Of a stretch of DNA of 64,000 bases, positions 48,765 to 59,311 are shown piece after piece (the first letter of the stretch is position 1; every line of letters begins with the position of its first letter). A model generated the notes under the pieces. That model made no database searches. It had not been told where the DNA came from and was given only the letters and a program-made list of their open reading frames with translations. This stretch comes from Thalassobaculaceae bacterium. Lineage in GTDB: Bacteria > Pseudomonadota > Alphaproteobacteria > Thalassobaculales > Thalassobaculaceae. The stretch lies in the NCBI GenBank assembly GCA_965228875.1, contig OZ245843.1, forward strand, positions 2,586,616-2,650,615, given 5' to 3'. A program made the position numbers and the translations under genes.

Positions 48765-50822
48765 CTACGCCTTGCGAACCCAGACTGCCGTGTCGTGGAA
48801 TACCGCCCCGCCCATCGGCGGCGGGCTGTCGGCGGAGGTCAGCAGGTTGATGCCCACGCCCTCCTCGAACGCGGCGTTCGGCCAGACCGACTCGACGATC
48901 ACCGTGCCCTTTTGGACCCCATCGAACAGGCGGGCATGCAACACCACCGATCCCTGGTCGTTGCCGAGGCGGACCCTATCCCCGTCCACGATGCCGAGAT
49001 CGGCGGCGGCGTCGGGATGCAGCATCACCGTCGGTCGCCCCTCGCGCTTCCGGCTCGTCGCCGTCTCGGTGAAGGAGGTGTTCAGGTAGTTGCGCGCCGG
49101 CGCCGTCACCATGCGGAACGGCTTGTCCACGGTCGCCCGGTCGATGATGTCGACATGATCCGGCAGGCCCTCAATGCCGGCGCCGCTCGCCCCCAGCGCT
49201 TCCCAGTCGGCGCGGAACCGGAACCGGCCGCTCGGCGTCGGGAACCCGTCGGCGAATCGCCGCTCGTTCTCCGTCTTCGGGCCGACATCGAGCCAGCGCC
49301 GCTCGACCATCTCGGCGAAACCGGGATAGCCCGATTTCCTCAGCGTGGCGTCCAGCAGTTCCGCCTCGCTCATGTGGCAGGACGGGTGGTCGCCGCCGAG
49401 CTTCAGGATCAGGTCGTTCAGCAGGCGGTGGTTGCTGCGGCATTCGCCCGGCGGGTCGATCACCGCGTCGTGCACCTCCAGATGCGGGTGGCCGCCGGCG
49501 GTGTAGACGTCGGCATGCTCCAGGAAGGAGGTCGCCGGCAGCACCACGTCGGCGAAGCGGGCGGTCTCGGTCAGGAACTGCTCGTGCACCGCCAGGAACA
49601 AATCGTCGCGGTGGAGTCCTTTGTGGACGCGCCCGGTATCGGGGGCCACGGCGGCCGGGTTGGTGTTCTGGATCAGCATGGCGGTTACCGGCGGCCCGTC
49701 GCCGAGCCCGGCATCCTCGCCGGTCAGCACCGGGCCGATGCGCGACATGTCGAGCACCCGGGTCGCCGGATCGAGCCGGTCGGTCGCTTCGATCAGCGAC
49801 TTGTCGACCTTGAAGTAGCCGTCGACCTTCCACAGCGCGCCGCCGCCCTCATGCTGCCACTTGCCGCCGACCGTCGGGAGGCAGGCGACGGCGTGCACCT
49901 GCATCGGTCCGTTGCGCGAGCGCGCGAAGCCGTAGCCGACGCGGATATAGGCCCGGTCGGTCTCGCCGTAGCGTTTGGCCAGCGCCTCGATCTGCGCCGC
50001 CGGTACGCCGCTGACCGCCTCGGCCCATTCGGGCGTGCGGGATTTGAGGTGGGCCTCCAGGTCCCCGGCATCCTCGGCGTAGCGGGCCATGTAGGCGCGG
50101 TCCGCGTACCCGTCGCGGAACAGCACGTGCATGATCGCGCAGGCCACCGCGCCGTCTGTGCCCGGGCGCACCATCACGTGCTCGTCCGCCGCCTCCGCAC
50201 TCGGCGTGCGGTAGGGATCGACCACGACGAAATGGGCGCCCCGTTCCTTGCGCGCCCGCGCCACGTGGGTCATGACGTTGACCTGGGTCGAGACCGGGTT
50301 GCCGCCCCACATGATGATCAGGTCGGCCTTCGCCATCTCGCGCGGGTCGGTGCCCCGGATGTCGCCCATGCCGGCGAGCCAGCCGGCCTTGACCACCGTG
50401 GTGCAGATATTCGGGTCCTGGCGCGAATAGCCCATGACGTGGCGCAGACGGTTGATGCCGTCGCGGTTCACCAGCCCCATGGTGCCGGCGAAGTAATACG
50501 GCCAGACCGTCTCCGCCCCATGCCTGGCCACCGCCTCGGCGAAACCGGCCGCGACCCGGTCCAGCGCCTCGTCCCAGGAGATCTCGCGGAACTGGGTCGA
50601 TCCCTTGGGCCCGGTGCGCAGCAGTGGGTGCATGAGCCGGTCGGGATGGTGCACCCGCTCGGCGTAGCGGGCGACCTTGGCGCAGATCACCCCGGCCGTG
50701 TAGTCGTTGGCGGCCGCACCGCGGATGCGGCCGATGGTGGAACGGTCGATCCGCTCGACCTCCAGCGCGCAGGCGCTGGGGCAGTCATGCGGACAGACGG
50801 AGGGAACGGTGTCGAGCGGCAT
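48765..50822 (-). CDS. Molybdopterin-dependent oxidoreductase (DMSO reductase superfamily)
   Basis: CPHDCPSAC...C Fe-S motif, ISWDEAL, ADVVLPA and C-terminal MGD-binding domain. Confidence 0.92.
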   Translation of the reverse strand: MPLDTVPSVCPHDCPSACALEVERIDRSTIGRIRGAAANDYTAGVICAKVARYAERVHHPDRLMHPLLRTGPKGSTQFREISWDEALDRVAAGFAEAVARHGAETVWPYYFAGTMGLVNRDGINRLRHVMGYSRQDPNICTTVVKAGWLAGMGDIRGTDPREMAKADLIIMWGGNPVSTQVNVMTHVARARKERGAHFVVVDPYRTPSAEAADEHVMVRPGTDGAVACAIMHVLFRDGYADRAYMARYAEDAGDLEAHLKSRTPEWAEAVSGVPAAQIEALAKRYGETDRAYIRVGYGFARSRNGPMQVHAVACLPTVGGKWQHEGGGALWKVDGYFKVDKSLIEATDRLDPATRVLDMSRIGPVLTGEDAGLGDGPPVTAMLIQNTNPAAVAPDTGRVHKGLHRDDLFLAVHEQFLTETARFADVVLPATSFLEHADVYTAGGHPHLEVHDAVIDPPGECRSNHRLLNDLILKLGGDHPSCHMSEAELLDATLRKSGYPGFAEMVERRWLDVGPKTENERRFADGFPTPSGRFRFRADWEALGASGAGIEGLPDHVDIIDRATVDKPFRMVTAPARNYLNTSFTETATSRKREGRPTVMLHPDAAADLGIVDGDRVRLGNDQGSVVLHARLFDGVQKGTVIVESVWPNAAFEEGVGINLLTSADSPPPMGGAVFHDTAVWVRKA

Positions 50823-51034
50823 GGCCGAAGCCTAGACGGGATGCCGGCGGGCGTCACCGGGGCAATCATCCGGTCCGGCCGCATGCGCGACCCGCCGGCG
50901 GCGAGCGCCACCGCTCCCGAGGCCGCTCCCGAGGCCGCACCACCGGCTAAAACATTTCCTCAACCATCCGGTGACACGGCCTCGCGACCGTGGCAGTAGT
51001 GGAACCTCCGGCTCACGCACTGATATGGACACCG

Positions 51035-51835
51035 ATGATCGCTGCGACCTGGCTCCCGACCGGGATGTGGACCGCCCAACCCGCCCTGTCCTACCGGTTT
51101 GACGCCCCGGCTCTCTTATGGCCGGACGATCCCGAGGACGACGACCGGTCCGCCCTCGCCGCCGCCCTCACGGCCGCTCCGGTCACCGGTCTGTCGCCGG
51201 AAGCCTACACGGTGCTGGCATCCGTCGCCGTCTCCGGCACCGAGGCGGACGATGCGTTCGGCGGCAGTTCCGGCGGCGACACCCTGTGGGGCGGCAGCGG
51301 CGACGATCGGCTGTCCGGACTGGCCGGACACGACGTGATCTACGGCAACATCGGGGTCGACAACATCAACGGCGGGGCCGGCATGGACACGATCTATGGC
51401 GGGCAGAACGCCGGGGCGCTGACCGGAGATCCCCTGGCCCGCCGTGGCCGCGTGGAGACCATCAGCGGCGGCGCCGATTCCGATCTCATCTACGGGAATA
51501 TCGGCAACGACCTGATCTACGGCGGCGAAGGTCTCGACACCCTCTACGGCGGTCAGGAGAACGACACGATCTATGGTGGGCAGGGCTACGATCACCTCTA
51601 CGGCAACCGTGGCAGCGACGTCTTCGCCTTCGACGCGGCGGACACCGACGGCGACGACTTCATCCACGATTTCAGCACGACCGAAGACCGGCTCCAGCTC
51701 TCCGGCTCGGTCACCGTCGCGTCCTCCTACGGCTTCTCCGACCAGACCCAGATCGTCCTGTCGAACGGCGTGACGATCTGGATTGCAGGCGTACGGATCG
51801 ACGACGTCTCCACCGTCATCGACTACGTGACATGA
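51035..51835 (+). CDS. RTX-type calcium-binding repeat protein
   Basis: Multiple GGxGxD nonapeptides and a DxIxDF C-terminal motif; start chosen by alignment to the downstream paralog. Confidence 0.85.
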   Translation: MIAATWLPTGMWTAQPALSYRFDAPALLWPDDPEDDDRSALAAALTAAPVTGLSPEAYTVLASVAVSGTEADDAFGGSSGGDTLWGGSGDDRLSGLAGHDVIYGNIGVDNINGGAGMDTIYGGQNAGALTGDPLARRGRVETISGGADSDLIYGNIGNDLIYGGEGLDTLYGGQENDTIYGGQGYDHLYGNRGSDVFAFDAADTDGDDFIHDFSTTEDRLQLSGSVTVASSYGFSDQTQIVLSNGVTIWIAGVRIDDVSTVIDYVT

Positions 51836-51950
51836 GAGTGCGAGGCCGGTCGCGGGTCGCATCGCACCGGGCGTCGGTCCGGCGACGCCCCTCCACCGGC
51901 TTCATCAGACTCTGAACCCGCGGACCCGGCACAGCGAGGAAAGCGAACCA

Positions 51951-53054
51951 ATGCCGATCGAAGCCGACTATCTGAACGCGCGATGGGAACTCAACCAGAC
52001 CGTCACCTACACGTTCGATGTCAGTTCCTACGGCTATGGCGAACTGTCGGCGGACGAGCGGACGCAGTTCGCAAGCGCGGTCTCGCTGTGGTCTTCGGTG
52101 GCCAATCTGTCCTTCGCCGAAGCCGCCGACGCGGGCACGGCCGACTGGCGGGTGGGCTGGTACTGGGACAGCCTCAGCGGCGTGCGCGGATCGACGATCA
52201 GCTTCGACTACAGCTTCGACCGCATCTTCCAGACCGACAGTTCCGACTATTCCCGGATCTCGTTCGACCGCTCCGACGCCGCCACTTTCTACTCGACGGC
52301 GATCCACGAGGCGGGGCACGCCCTCGGTCTGCGCGACATCGACCACACGGCTTCCGTCATGTCGAGTACCGACACGACCGTCACCGCCCTCACCGACTAC
52401 GACATCGAGGTCATCCGGGAACTGTATGGGGAGCGCGGCACGGACGGGATCTCGCGCGGCACCGCCGGCGACGACCTCATGGGGCCGTCTGCCGCCATGA
52501 ACGTGGTATCGGGAGCGGACGGTCGGGACACGCTGTCGGGCGGCGCCGGGTCGGACATCCTCTACGGAAACCATGGCACCGACCTGATCCTCGGCGGCGA
52601 TGACGACGACGTCCTGTACGGCGGCCAGAACGACGGCACGCCGTCCGGCAGCCCGCTCGCCCAGCGCGACGGCTGGGACACGCTGAGCGGCGGTCTGGAA
52701 GAGGACCTGATCTACGGCAATCACGGCAGCGACCTGCTGGTCGGCGGCGAAGGGAACGACACGATCTTCGGCGGCCAGAACGACGACAGCATCATCGGCG
52801 GCGTCGGCCGTGACCGCCTGTACGGTAATCTCGGCAACGACACGTTCGTCTATGCTGACGCCCACGAAGGCTACGACGTGATCTGGGACTTCGATCCCTC
52901 GGGCGACCGCCTGGAACTGACCGGTGCGCTCTCGGTCTCTTCGATTTCGACGATCGGCAGCACGGCGACCGTCACCCTGTCCAGCGGCACCAGCATCTTC
53001 ATCATCGGCATATCGGGCTCCGACCTGTCGGGCGACACCGACTATTTCATCTGA
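51951..53054 (+). CDS. Metzincin (M10-like) protease with RTX repeats
   Basis: HEAGHALGLRD, SVM Met-turn, LTDYDIEVIRELYG and GGxGxD repeats. Confidence 0.85.
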   Translation: MPIEADYLNARWELNQTVTYTFDVSSYGYGELSADERTQFASAVSLWSSVANLSFAEAADAGTADWRVGWYWDSLSGVRGSTISFDYSFDRIFQTDSSDYSRISFDRSDAATFYSTAIHEAGHALGLRDIDHTASVMSSTDTTVTALTDYDIEVIRELYGERGTDGISRGTAGDDLMGPSAAMNVVSGADGRDTLSGGAGSDILYGNHGTDLILGGDDDDVLYGGQNDGTPSGSPLAQRDGWDTLSGGLEEDLIYGNHGSDLLVGGEGNDTIFGGQNDDSIIGGVGRDRLYGNLGNDTFVYADAHEGYDVIWDFDPSGDRLELTGALSVSSISTIGSTATVTLSSGTSIFIIGISGSDLSGDTDYFI

Positions 53055-53103
53055 CCCGATTCTCCCGCCCCGTCCGCCGCCCGGCGCCCCTGAGGGTGGC
53101 CCG

Positions 53104-54198
53104 TCAGCCCTGCGGCGGCGGGACGTCGCCGAGATAGATCCCGAGCCCGAGCGCCGTGCGGACGACGATGTCGTCGGCCGCGACGGGGCGCTTGTTGGCG
53201 ACCACATCGGCGATCGACACGTCGCCGACGCCGCGGTTGCGCCAGACCGCCACCCGTCCGGACTTGCCGGCCGCCATCAGGTCCACGGCATGGACGCCGA
53301 GGGCGCTGGCCAGCACCCGGTCGGCGGCGTTCGGCTCGGCTCCGCGCTGGACGTGGCCGAGGGTTGTCACCCGGACGTCGGCGCCGATCGTGCGCTCCAG
53401 TTCGTCGCCGATCCACTCGCCGATCCCGCCGTAACGCTCGCCGCCGCCGGGGCGCGGGCGCATGGCGCGGGTCCCGTCCGATTTCGGCGTCGCCTCCGCC
53501 ACGACGATCAGCGAGAACCGCCGACCGTGCACGCTGACCTTCTTGATCGCCTCGACCACCCCCTCGATCGAGTAGGGAAATTCCGGGATCAGGCAGACAT
53601 CGGCACCGCCGGCGACCGCGGCATGGGTGGCGATGTGACCGGCGTCGCGCCCCATCACCTCCAGGATCATCACCCGGTTGTGGCTCTGCGCCGTCGGGTG
53701 CAGGCGGTCCAGCGCCTCGACCGCGACGGTGACGGCGGTGTCGAAACCGATCGTCGTATCGGTCCCGTAGACGTCGTTGTCGATGGTCTTGGGAATGCCG
53801 ATGAACGGCAGTTCGGCCCGGCGCATGATCCGGTCCAGGAGCATCATGCTGCCGTCGCCGCCGATTCCGATCAGACCGTCGATCCCGAGATCCTTCAGGC
53901 CGGTGACGATCTCTCCCGAGCGGTCGACCGGTCCGTGCGGCGAAGGAAAGGCGAACGGGTCGCCGGTGCTCACGCTGCCGAGCATGGTGCCGGCATGGCG
54001 CAGCAGGTAGCCGTCGAAGATCGCCGGATCCAGCGGGCGGGCCCGCATCGGCCGTTCCATCACGCCGCGGGTGCCGTCCTCGATGCCGATCACCTCCCAG
54101 CCGTGGACCGTGTTGGCGTGCAGCACCACGGCGCGGATCGCCGCGTTGAGCCCGGCGCAGTCGCCGCCGCTGGTGAGCACCGCGATGCGTTTCGTCAT
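53104..54198 (-). CDS. pfkA: 6-phosphofructokinase (PfkA family)
   Basis: TSGGDCAGLN, GGDGS, PKTIDND, EVMGR and LGHVQRG motifs. Confidence 0.93.
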   Translation of the reverse strand: MTKRIAVLTSGGDCAGLNAAIRAVVLHANTVHGWEVIGIEDGTRGVMERPMRARPLDPAIFDGYLLRHAGTMLGSVSTGDPFAFPSPHGPVDRSGEIVTGLKDLGIDGLIGIGGDGSMMLLDRIMRRAELPFIGIPKTIDNDVYGTDTTIGFDTAVTVAVEALDRLHPTAQSHNRVMILEVMGRDAGHIATHAAVAGGADVCLIPEFPYSIEGVVEAIKKVSVHGRRFSLIVVAEATPKSDGTRAMRPRPGGGERYGGIGEWIGDELERTIGADVRVTTLGHVQRGAEPNAADRVLASALGVHAVDLMAAGKSGRVAVWRNRGVGDVSIADVVANKRPVAADDIVVRTALGLGIYLGDVPPPQG

Positions 54199-54307
54199 GC
54201 CGATCCCTTTCCCAAACCGCCGGGGCCTCGTCCGGTCTCCGGCATCTTGGCCCGCGATGCGCGCCCGTGCCATGCTCCATCGCCCTTGACCGAGCCGGAC
54301 TTCCCGC

Positions 54308-55207
54308 ATGACCGATCTGAAGATCGTCGATTCCCACCACCATCTCTGGGACCTCGACGTGAACTACTACCCCTGGCTCAGCGACCACCCGGAGCCGGGA
54401 TTCTTCCTCGGCGACTACAGCGCGTTGCGCCGCAACTACCTACCCGCCGACTACAAGCGAGATGCGGCCGGTTTCGATATCGTCAAGACCGTCCACTGCG
54501 AGGCCGAATGGGACCGCGACAATCAGGTCGCGGAGACCGAATGGCTGACCGCGCTGGCCGAGGACGCCGGCATGCCGAACGCCATCGTCGGCCACGTCTG
54601 GCTCGACGACCCCGAGGTAGAGGTCAAGCTCGAGGGTCACTGCCGGTCGCCGCTGATGCGCGGCATCCGTTCCAAGCCGGTGACGGCGTCCGACGCCCGC
54701 GCCCCGCGCCCGGACGGCCCGCGCAGCCTGCAGGACCCGGCCTGGCGCCGGGGCTACGCGGCCCTCGGCAGATACGGGCTCAGCTACGACCTGAGGGTCC
54801 CGTTCTGGCACCTGGGCGAGGCGGCGACGCTGATCGAGGCGCACCCGGAGATCCCGGTGGTGGTGAACCATCTCGGCTTTCCCTGGGACCGGTCGCCCGA
54901 GGGCCTCGCCGCCTGGCGCACGGAGATGAAACGCATCGCCGAGATCCCCTGGGTCCACCTGAAACTCTCGGAACTCGGTCTCAAGGACGCCGCGTGGTCG
55001 GTGGAGGACAACCGCGCGGTGGTGCTGGAGGCCCTGGAGATCTTCGGGGTCGAGCGCTGCATGTGGGCCTCGAACTTCCCGCCGGCGAGCCTGCGCATCG
55101 GCTTCCGCGATCAGTTGGAAGGCTTCCTCGAGATCCTCTCGGCCCTCACCGGCAGCGAACTCGACGCCGTGTTCCACGACAACGCCAGCCGCTTCTACCG
55201 CCTTTAA
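54308..55207 (+). CDS. Amidohydrolase_2 family protein
   Basis: DSHHHLW, NHLG and WASNFP motifs. Confidence 0.9.
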   Translation: MTDLKIVDSHHHLWDLDVNYYPWLSDHPEPGFFLGDYSALRRNYLPADYKRDAAGFDIVKTVHCEAEWDRDNQVAETEWLTALAEDAGMPNAIVGHVWLDDPEVEVKLEGHCRSPLMRGIRSKPVTASDARAPRPDGPRSLQDPAWRRGYAALGRYGLSYDLRVPFWHLGEAATLIEAHPEIPVVVNHLGFPWDRSPEGLAAWRTEMKRIAEIPWVHLKLSELGLKDAAWSVEDNRAVVLEALEIFGVERCMWASNFPPASLRIGFRDQLEGFLEILSALTGSELDAVFHDNASRFYRL

Positions 55208-55229
55208 GAAACCAATCGGGAGTGACACC

Positions 55230-56057
55230 GTGACCGACTACACCGAAACTTTCCGCTCGGCCGTCCCACCCTGGGAATGCGACATCGTCGAACACTTCAC
55301 GGTCGCCTACTACTACGAGAAGTTCCGCGCCGCCGGCGACCGCGCCCTACTCGGGCTGGGGGTCCTGGCGAAGGCTGCCCGCACCACCGCCTGCTACACC
55401 CGCTACAAGAAGGAGCTGCGCGCCGGGGACGCGTACCGCATCGTATCCGCCCCCATCAAGGCGACCGGCGAGGGCTTCGGCGGCGGGCTGACCATCGGCC
55501 ACAAGCTGATCGACGTGGAGGCCGACGCCGTGGCGGCGACCACGGAACAGACCTTCGCGCTGGACGCTCCGCTGTCGCTCGACAGCCTTGCCGAGTGGGA
55601 CGGCGACGCGCGGGAGACGCGTCCGGACGTGGGCGGCGGGGCCACCTGGGTGCGGGGCGGGACCGACATCGTGCTGCCGAAGGACGTGGACGCGGCGGGC
55701 CGCCTCGCCCTGGACGCCATCATCCACCGCTTCAGTTCCGCCGGCGGGCATCTGCTGAACGCCGTCGGCTGGTCGGCGGGATACATGCGGAACAACCGGA
55801 TCGGCTATTCGACCTTCGAGTTCCAGCTCAAGCTCGGCGCGCTGCCCTGGGTCGGGGTACCGCTGGATATCGAGTCCACCATCGGCTCGGTCGGCCGCTC
55901 CTCCATGCGCAAGGTGCACCGCATGATCCGCGCCGACACCGGCGACATGGTGGCCGAGATCTCGCAGTTCGGCGTGCACCTGGACATGAACGCCCGTCGC
56001 CCCTCGGCGATCCCCGAGGACATTGCCGGAGCGGCGCGGAAACTTGCGGGAGAGTGA
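55230..56057 (+). CDS. Double-hotdog thioesterase-like protein
   Basis: PWECDIVEH..YY and PKDVDAAGRL tandem 4HBT-like domains. Confidence 0.75.
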   Translation: MTDYTETFRSAVPPWECDIVEHFTVAYYYEKFRAAGDRALLGLGVLAKAARTTACYTRYKKELRAGDAYRIVSAPIKATGEGFGGGLTIGHKLIDVEADAVAATTEQTFALDAPLSLDSLAEWDGDARETRPDVGGGATWVRGGTDIVLPKDVDAAGRLALDAIIHRFSSAGGHLLNAVGWSAGYMRNNRIGYSTFEFQLKLGALPWVGVPLDIESTIGSVGRSSMRKVHRMIRADTGDMVAEISQFGVHLDMNARRPSAIPEDIAGAARKLAGE

Positions 56058-56060
56058 GCG

Positions 56061-56534
56061 ATGACGGCTGTCGTGCCCGAGATCCGCGAAGGCGGGCTGG
56101 ACCTGCCGCAGGTACACGCGCTGCTCCGCACGCATCTCGACACCATGGCCGTCCACTCGCCGCCAGAGAGCCGTCACGCCCTCGACCTGAGCGGCCTCCA
56201 GGTGGCCGACGTCACCTTCTGGTCGGTCTGGGAGGGCGACGCCCTGGTCGGGTGCGGCGCGTTGAAGGAGCTCTCGCCCGATCACGGTGAGGTCAAGTCG
56301 ATGCACACCGCCGCCGCCCATCGCGGCAAAGGCATCGCGGCCAGGATCGTCGAGCATATCCTCGCCGTCGCCAGGGCCCGCGGCTACACCCGGCTCAGCC
56401 TGGAGACCGGTTCGATGGCGGGCTTCGCACCGGCCCGCGGGCTGTATGAGCGCTACGGCTTCACCTATTGCGGCCCGTTCGGCGACTACCGGGAGGATCC
56501 GCACAGCGTGTTCATGACGCTGGATCTGGGCTAG
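56061..56534 (+). CDS. GNAT acetyltransferase (YedL-like)
   Basis: GEVKSMHT..HRGKGIA and SLETGS motifs. Confidence 0.9.
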   Translation: MTAVVPEIREGGLDLPQVHALLRTHLDTMAVHSPPESRHALDLSGLQVADVTFWSVWEGDALVGCGALKELSPDHGEVKSMHTAAAHRGKGIAARIVEHILAVARARGYTRLSLETGSMAGFAPARGLYERYGFTYCGPFGDYREDPHSVFMTLDLG

Positions 56535-57390
56535 CCCCCCCCTCCCGGTTCACCCGCTCGCGCCAGACCAGGACGATGGCGCCGGTGACGATCAGCGCCG
56601 CGCCCAGGATCGACAGGGGCACCGGGATCACCGCGAAGACCGCCGCGTCGTACAGCGCGGCGAAGACCAGGGCCGCATAGAAGAACGGGATGACGTAGCT
56701 GGCGTCGGCCCGCTTCATGGCCTGGAGGAACAGGCTCTGGGCGGTGACCATCACCACCCCGATCGCCGCCAGCACCAGCCACTGCGCCGGCGTCGGCCAC
56801 TGCCATACGGCCAGGGCGACGGCCAGCGACACGACCGCGCCGATGGTGTTGTTCACGAACAGGATGCGGATCGCCGGCTCCCCGTCGCCCTCGGACCGGC
56901 CGGTCAGCATCTTGATGAAAATGACCTCGAAGGCGCCGAACAGCGCGGCGGCGAGCGCGATCAGCGCCGCCGGCTGAAACGCCGACATGCCGGGGCGGAT
57001 CAGAACCAGCGCGCCGATCACCGCCATGCCCGCCGCCGCCCAGCGCCACGGCCCGACCCGCTCGCCGAGCAGCGGGATGGCCAGGACCATGGCGATCAGC
57101 GGGTTGAGGAAGGAGATCGCCGTGGCGTCCCCGAGCGGCATCAGGGCGGCGGCGGTGAAGATGCAGGTCACCGTGGCCCAGCCGGCGACCGAGCGGGCGG
57201 CGTGGAGGCGCCATCGCGTCCCCGAGAAGCCCGGACGCATGATGAGGATCACCGGCAGCAGCGCCATCCAGGCGAACGCGAAACGCCCGGCGCTGACCAT
57301 GAATCCCGGCAGCGGCTCGCCCAGCAGGTCCTGGCCCAGCACCTTCGCCATCAGCGTGGTCGCCGCGACCAGCGCCGCGGCTCCCGTCAT
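56512..57390 (-). CDS. DMT/EamA transporter
   Basis: About 10 TM segments, LLGERVGPWRW; true start may lie about 60 nt upstream. Confidence 0.88.
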   Translation of the reverse strand: MTGAAALVAATTLMAKVLGQDLLGEPLPGFMVSAGRFAFAWMALLPVILIMRPGFSGTRWRLHAARSVAGWATVTCIFTAAALMPLGDATAISFLNPLIAMVLAIPLLGERVGPWRWAAAGMAVIGALVLIRPGMSAFQPAALIALAAALFGAFEVIFIKMLTGRSEGDGEPAIRILFVNNTIGAVVSLAVALAVWQWPTPAQWLVLAAIGVVMVTAQSLFLQAMKRADASYVIPFFYAALVFAALYDAAVFAVIPVPLSILGAALIVTGAIVLVWRERVNREGGASPDPAS

Positions 57391-57445
57391 GAACAGGGCG
57401 GCGACCGTGGTGCGGGCTCGGTCGGCCGCCGGACCGATGTCGGGG

Positions 57446-58666
57446 TCAGACAGCGCCCTTCTCCCGCTCGGCGGCGATCTCCGCGTCGCTGAGACCCAGG
57501 ATCTCGGCCAGAACCTCGTCCGTATGCTGCCCCAGGGTCGGCGGCGCGTGGCGGTAGCGAACGGGCGTCGCCGACAGTTTCACCGGGTTGGCGATCAGCG
57601 GCACGGTGCCCTCCCCGGCCAGTGGGTGCTCCAGGTCGATGCGCATGTCGCGGGCCTGAACCTGCGGGTCGGCGAAGGCGCGGTCGATGGTGTTCACCGG
57701 CCCGCACGGCACCTTGGCCGCCTCCAGCGCCGCCACCCAGTCGTCGGTCGTCTTCGTGGCCATGTAACCGGCGATGGCGGCGTACAGCGCGTCGCGGTGC
57801 TTCAGGCGCAGCGGATTGGTGGCGTAGTCGGGATTGCCCTTGAGCTCTGCGGCCCCGGCCACGTCGCACCAGTCGAAGAACTGCCGGTCGTTGCCGCAGG
57901 CCAGAATCACGTGACCGTCCGCCGTCGCGAAGACCTTGTAGGGGACGATGTTCGGATGCTCGTTGCCGAGCGGCTTCGGCACCTCGCCCGACACCAGGTA
58001 GTTGGTCCCCTCGTTGACCAGCCAGGCCACCTGGGTGTCCAGCAGGCAGACGTCGATATGCTGTCCTTCGCCGGTGCGGTCCCGGTGACGCAGGGCCGCC
58101 AGGATATTGGTCGCGGCGTACATCCCGCACATCACGTCGGCGATGCCGACCCCGACCTTGACCGGCTCCACCCCGGGCGTGCCGGTGATCGACATGATCC
58201 CGCCCATACCCTGGGCCAGAAAGTCGTAGCCGGCCCGGGCCGCGTAGGGTCCGGTCTGCCCGAAGCCGGTCACCGAGCAGTAGACCAAGCCCGGAAACTC
58301 CTCCCTGAGCTGCTCGTAGCCGAGGCCGAGCTTCGCGAGCGAGCCGACCTTGAAGTTCTCCACCAGCACGTCGCACTCGCCGATCAGCCGCTTGGCCAGC
58401 GCGATGCCGTCCGGGCTGGCGAGATCGATCGTCACCGAGCGCTTGGAGCGGTTGGCGCAGAGGTAGTACGCGCTCTCCGTCGTGTCCTCGCCGTTCGCGT
58501 CCTTCACGTAGGGCGGGCCCCATTTGCGGGTGTCGTCGCCCTGGCCCGGGCGCTCGATCTTGATGACGTCGGCACCGAGATCACCGAGCAATTGGGTGGC
58601 GGTGGGACCGGCGAGAATGCGCGTCAGGTCGAAGATGCGCACGCCGTCGAGGGGCAGGGCGGACAT
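57446..58666 (-). CDS. CaiB/BaiF family III CoA-transferase
   Basis: LAGP, GADVIKIE, NRSKRS, ENFK, GYD and PPTLGQHT motifs. Confidence 0.95.
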   Translation of the reverse strand: MSALPLDGVRIFDLTRILAGPTATQLLGDLGADVIKIERPGQGDDTRKWGPPYVKDANGEDTTESAYYLCANRSKRSVTIDLASPDGIALAKRLIGECDVLVENFKVGSLAKLGLGYEQLREEFPGLVYCSVTGFGQTGPYAARAGYDFLAQGMGGIMSITGTPGVEPVKVGVGIADVMCGMYAATNILAALRHRDRTGEGQHIDVCLLDTQVAWLVNEGTNYLVSGEVPKPLGNEHPNIVPYKVFATADGHVILACGNDRQFFDWCDVAGAAELKGNPDYATNPLRLKHRDALYAAIAGYMATKTTDDWVAALEAAKVPCGPVNTIDRAFADPQVQARDMRIDLEHPLAGEGTVPLIANPVKLSATPVRYRHAPPTLGQHTDEVLAEILGLSDAEIAAEREKGAV

Positions 58667-58690
58667 TCCGGGGCCTCGTGTTCGGGGGAG

Positions 58691-59311
58691 TCAGCGGGTG
58701 AGCGGACGCAGCGCGTCCTTCGACGGCGCGCTCTCGGCGACCGACGGCACGGCGTCATAGGCGTCGGACCAGGCCGCCAGGGTCGGATAGGTCTCGCGCC
58801 AGTCGGGAGCGAGTTCGTAGAACCGCATCATGCCGAGGCCGGCGACGATGCACAGCGCGTCGAAGCTGATCGGCGGCGCGCCGGCCGGAACGGTCAGCGT
58901 GTCGTTCAGGTGGGCCAGGCCGCGGCGGACCTGTACATCGGCGACCTCCAGCATGAAGGCCGACTGCTCCTCGGCCTTGCGCCGGGTCTCGCGCGACCAG
59001 ACCGTCACCACGTCGAGGAAGGCCAGCGACTGCGCCTCGGCCGCCACCGCCTGCCAATCGCCGTAGTGCGCGACCGTGCGCTTGCCGGATTTCTCGTCCA
59101 GATAGGCGCAGATGTGGCGCGCTTCCGAGAGCGCGAGGTCGCCGTCCTGCAGCAGCGGGATGCGGCCGAGCGGCGTCAGCGCGACGACCGGACTGTCGCC
59201 GGTGCGCAGGGCGACCCAGTCAAGCTCCAACGCCTCGCCCAGCCCGCCCTCGACCGCGGTGATCCGGCAGATCCGGGCATAGGGGGAATTCGGGGTGTAG
59301 TAGAGCTTCAT
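58691..59311 (-). CDS. Glutathione S-transferase family protein
   Basis: MKLYYTPNSPYAR, PLGRIP and ICAYLD motifs. Confidence 0.85.
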   Translation of the reverse strand: MKLYYTPNSPYARICRITAVEGGLGEALELDWVALRTGDSPVVALTPLGRIPLLQDGDLALSEARHICAYLDEKSGKRTVAHYGDWQAVAAEAQSLAFLDVVTVWSRETRRKAEEQSAFMLEVADVQVRRGLAHLNDTLTVPAGAPPISFDALCIVAGLGMMRFYELAPDWRETYPTLAAWSDAYDAVPSVAESAPSKDALRPLTR

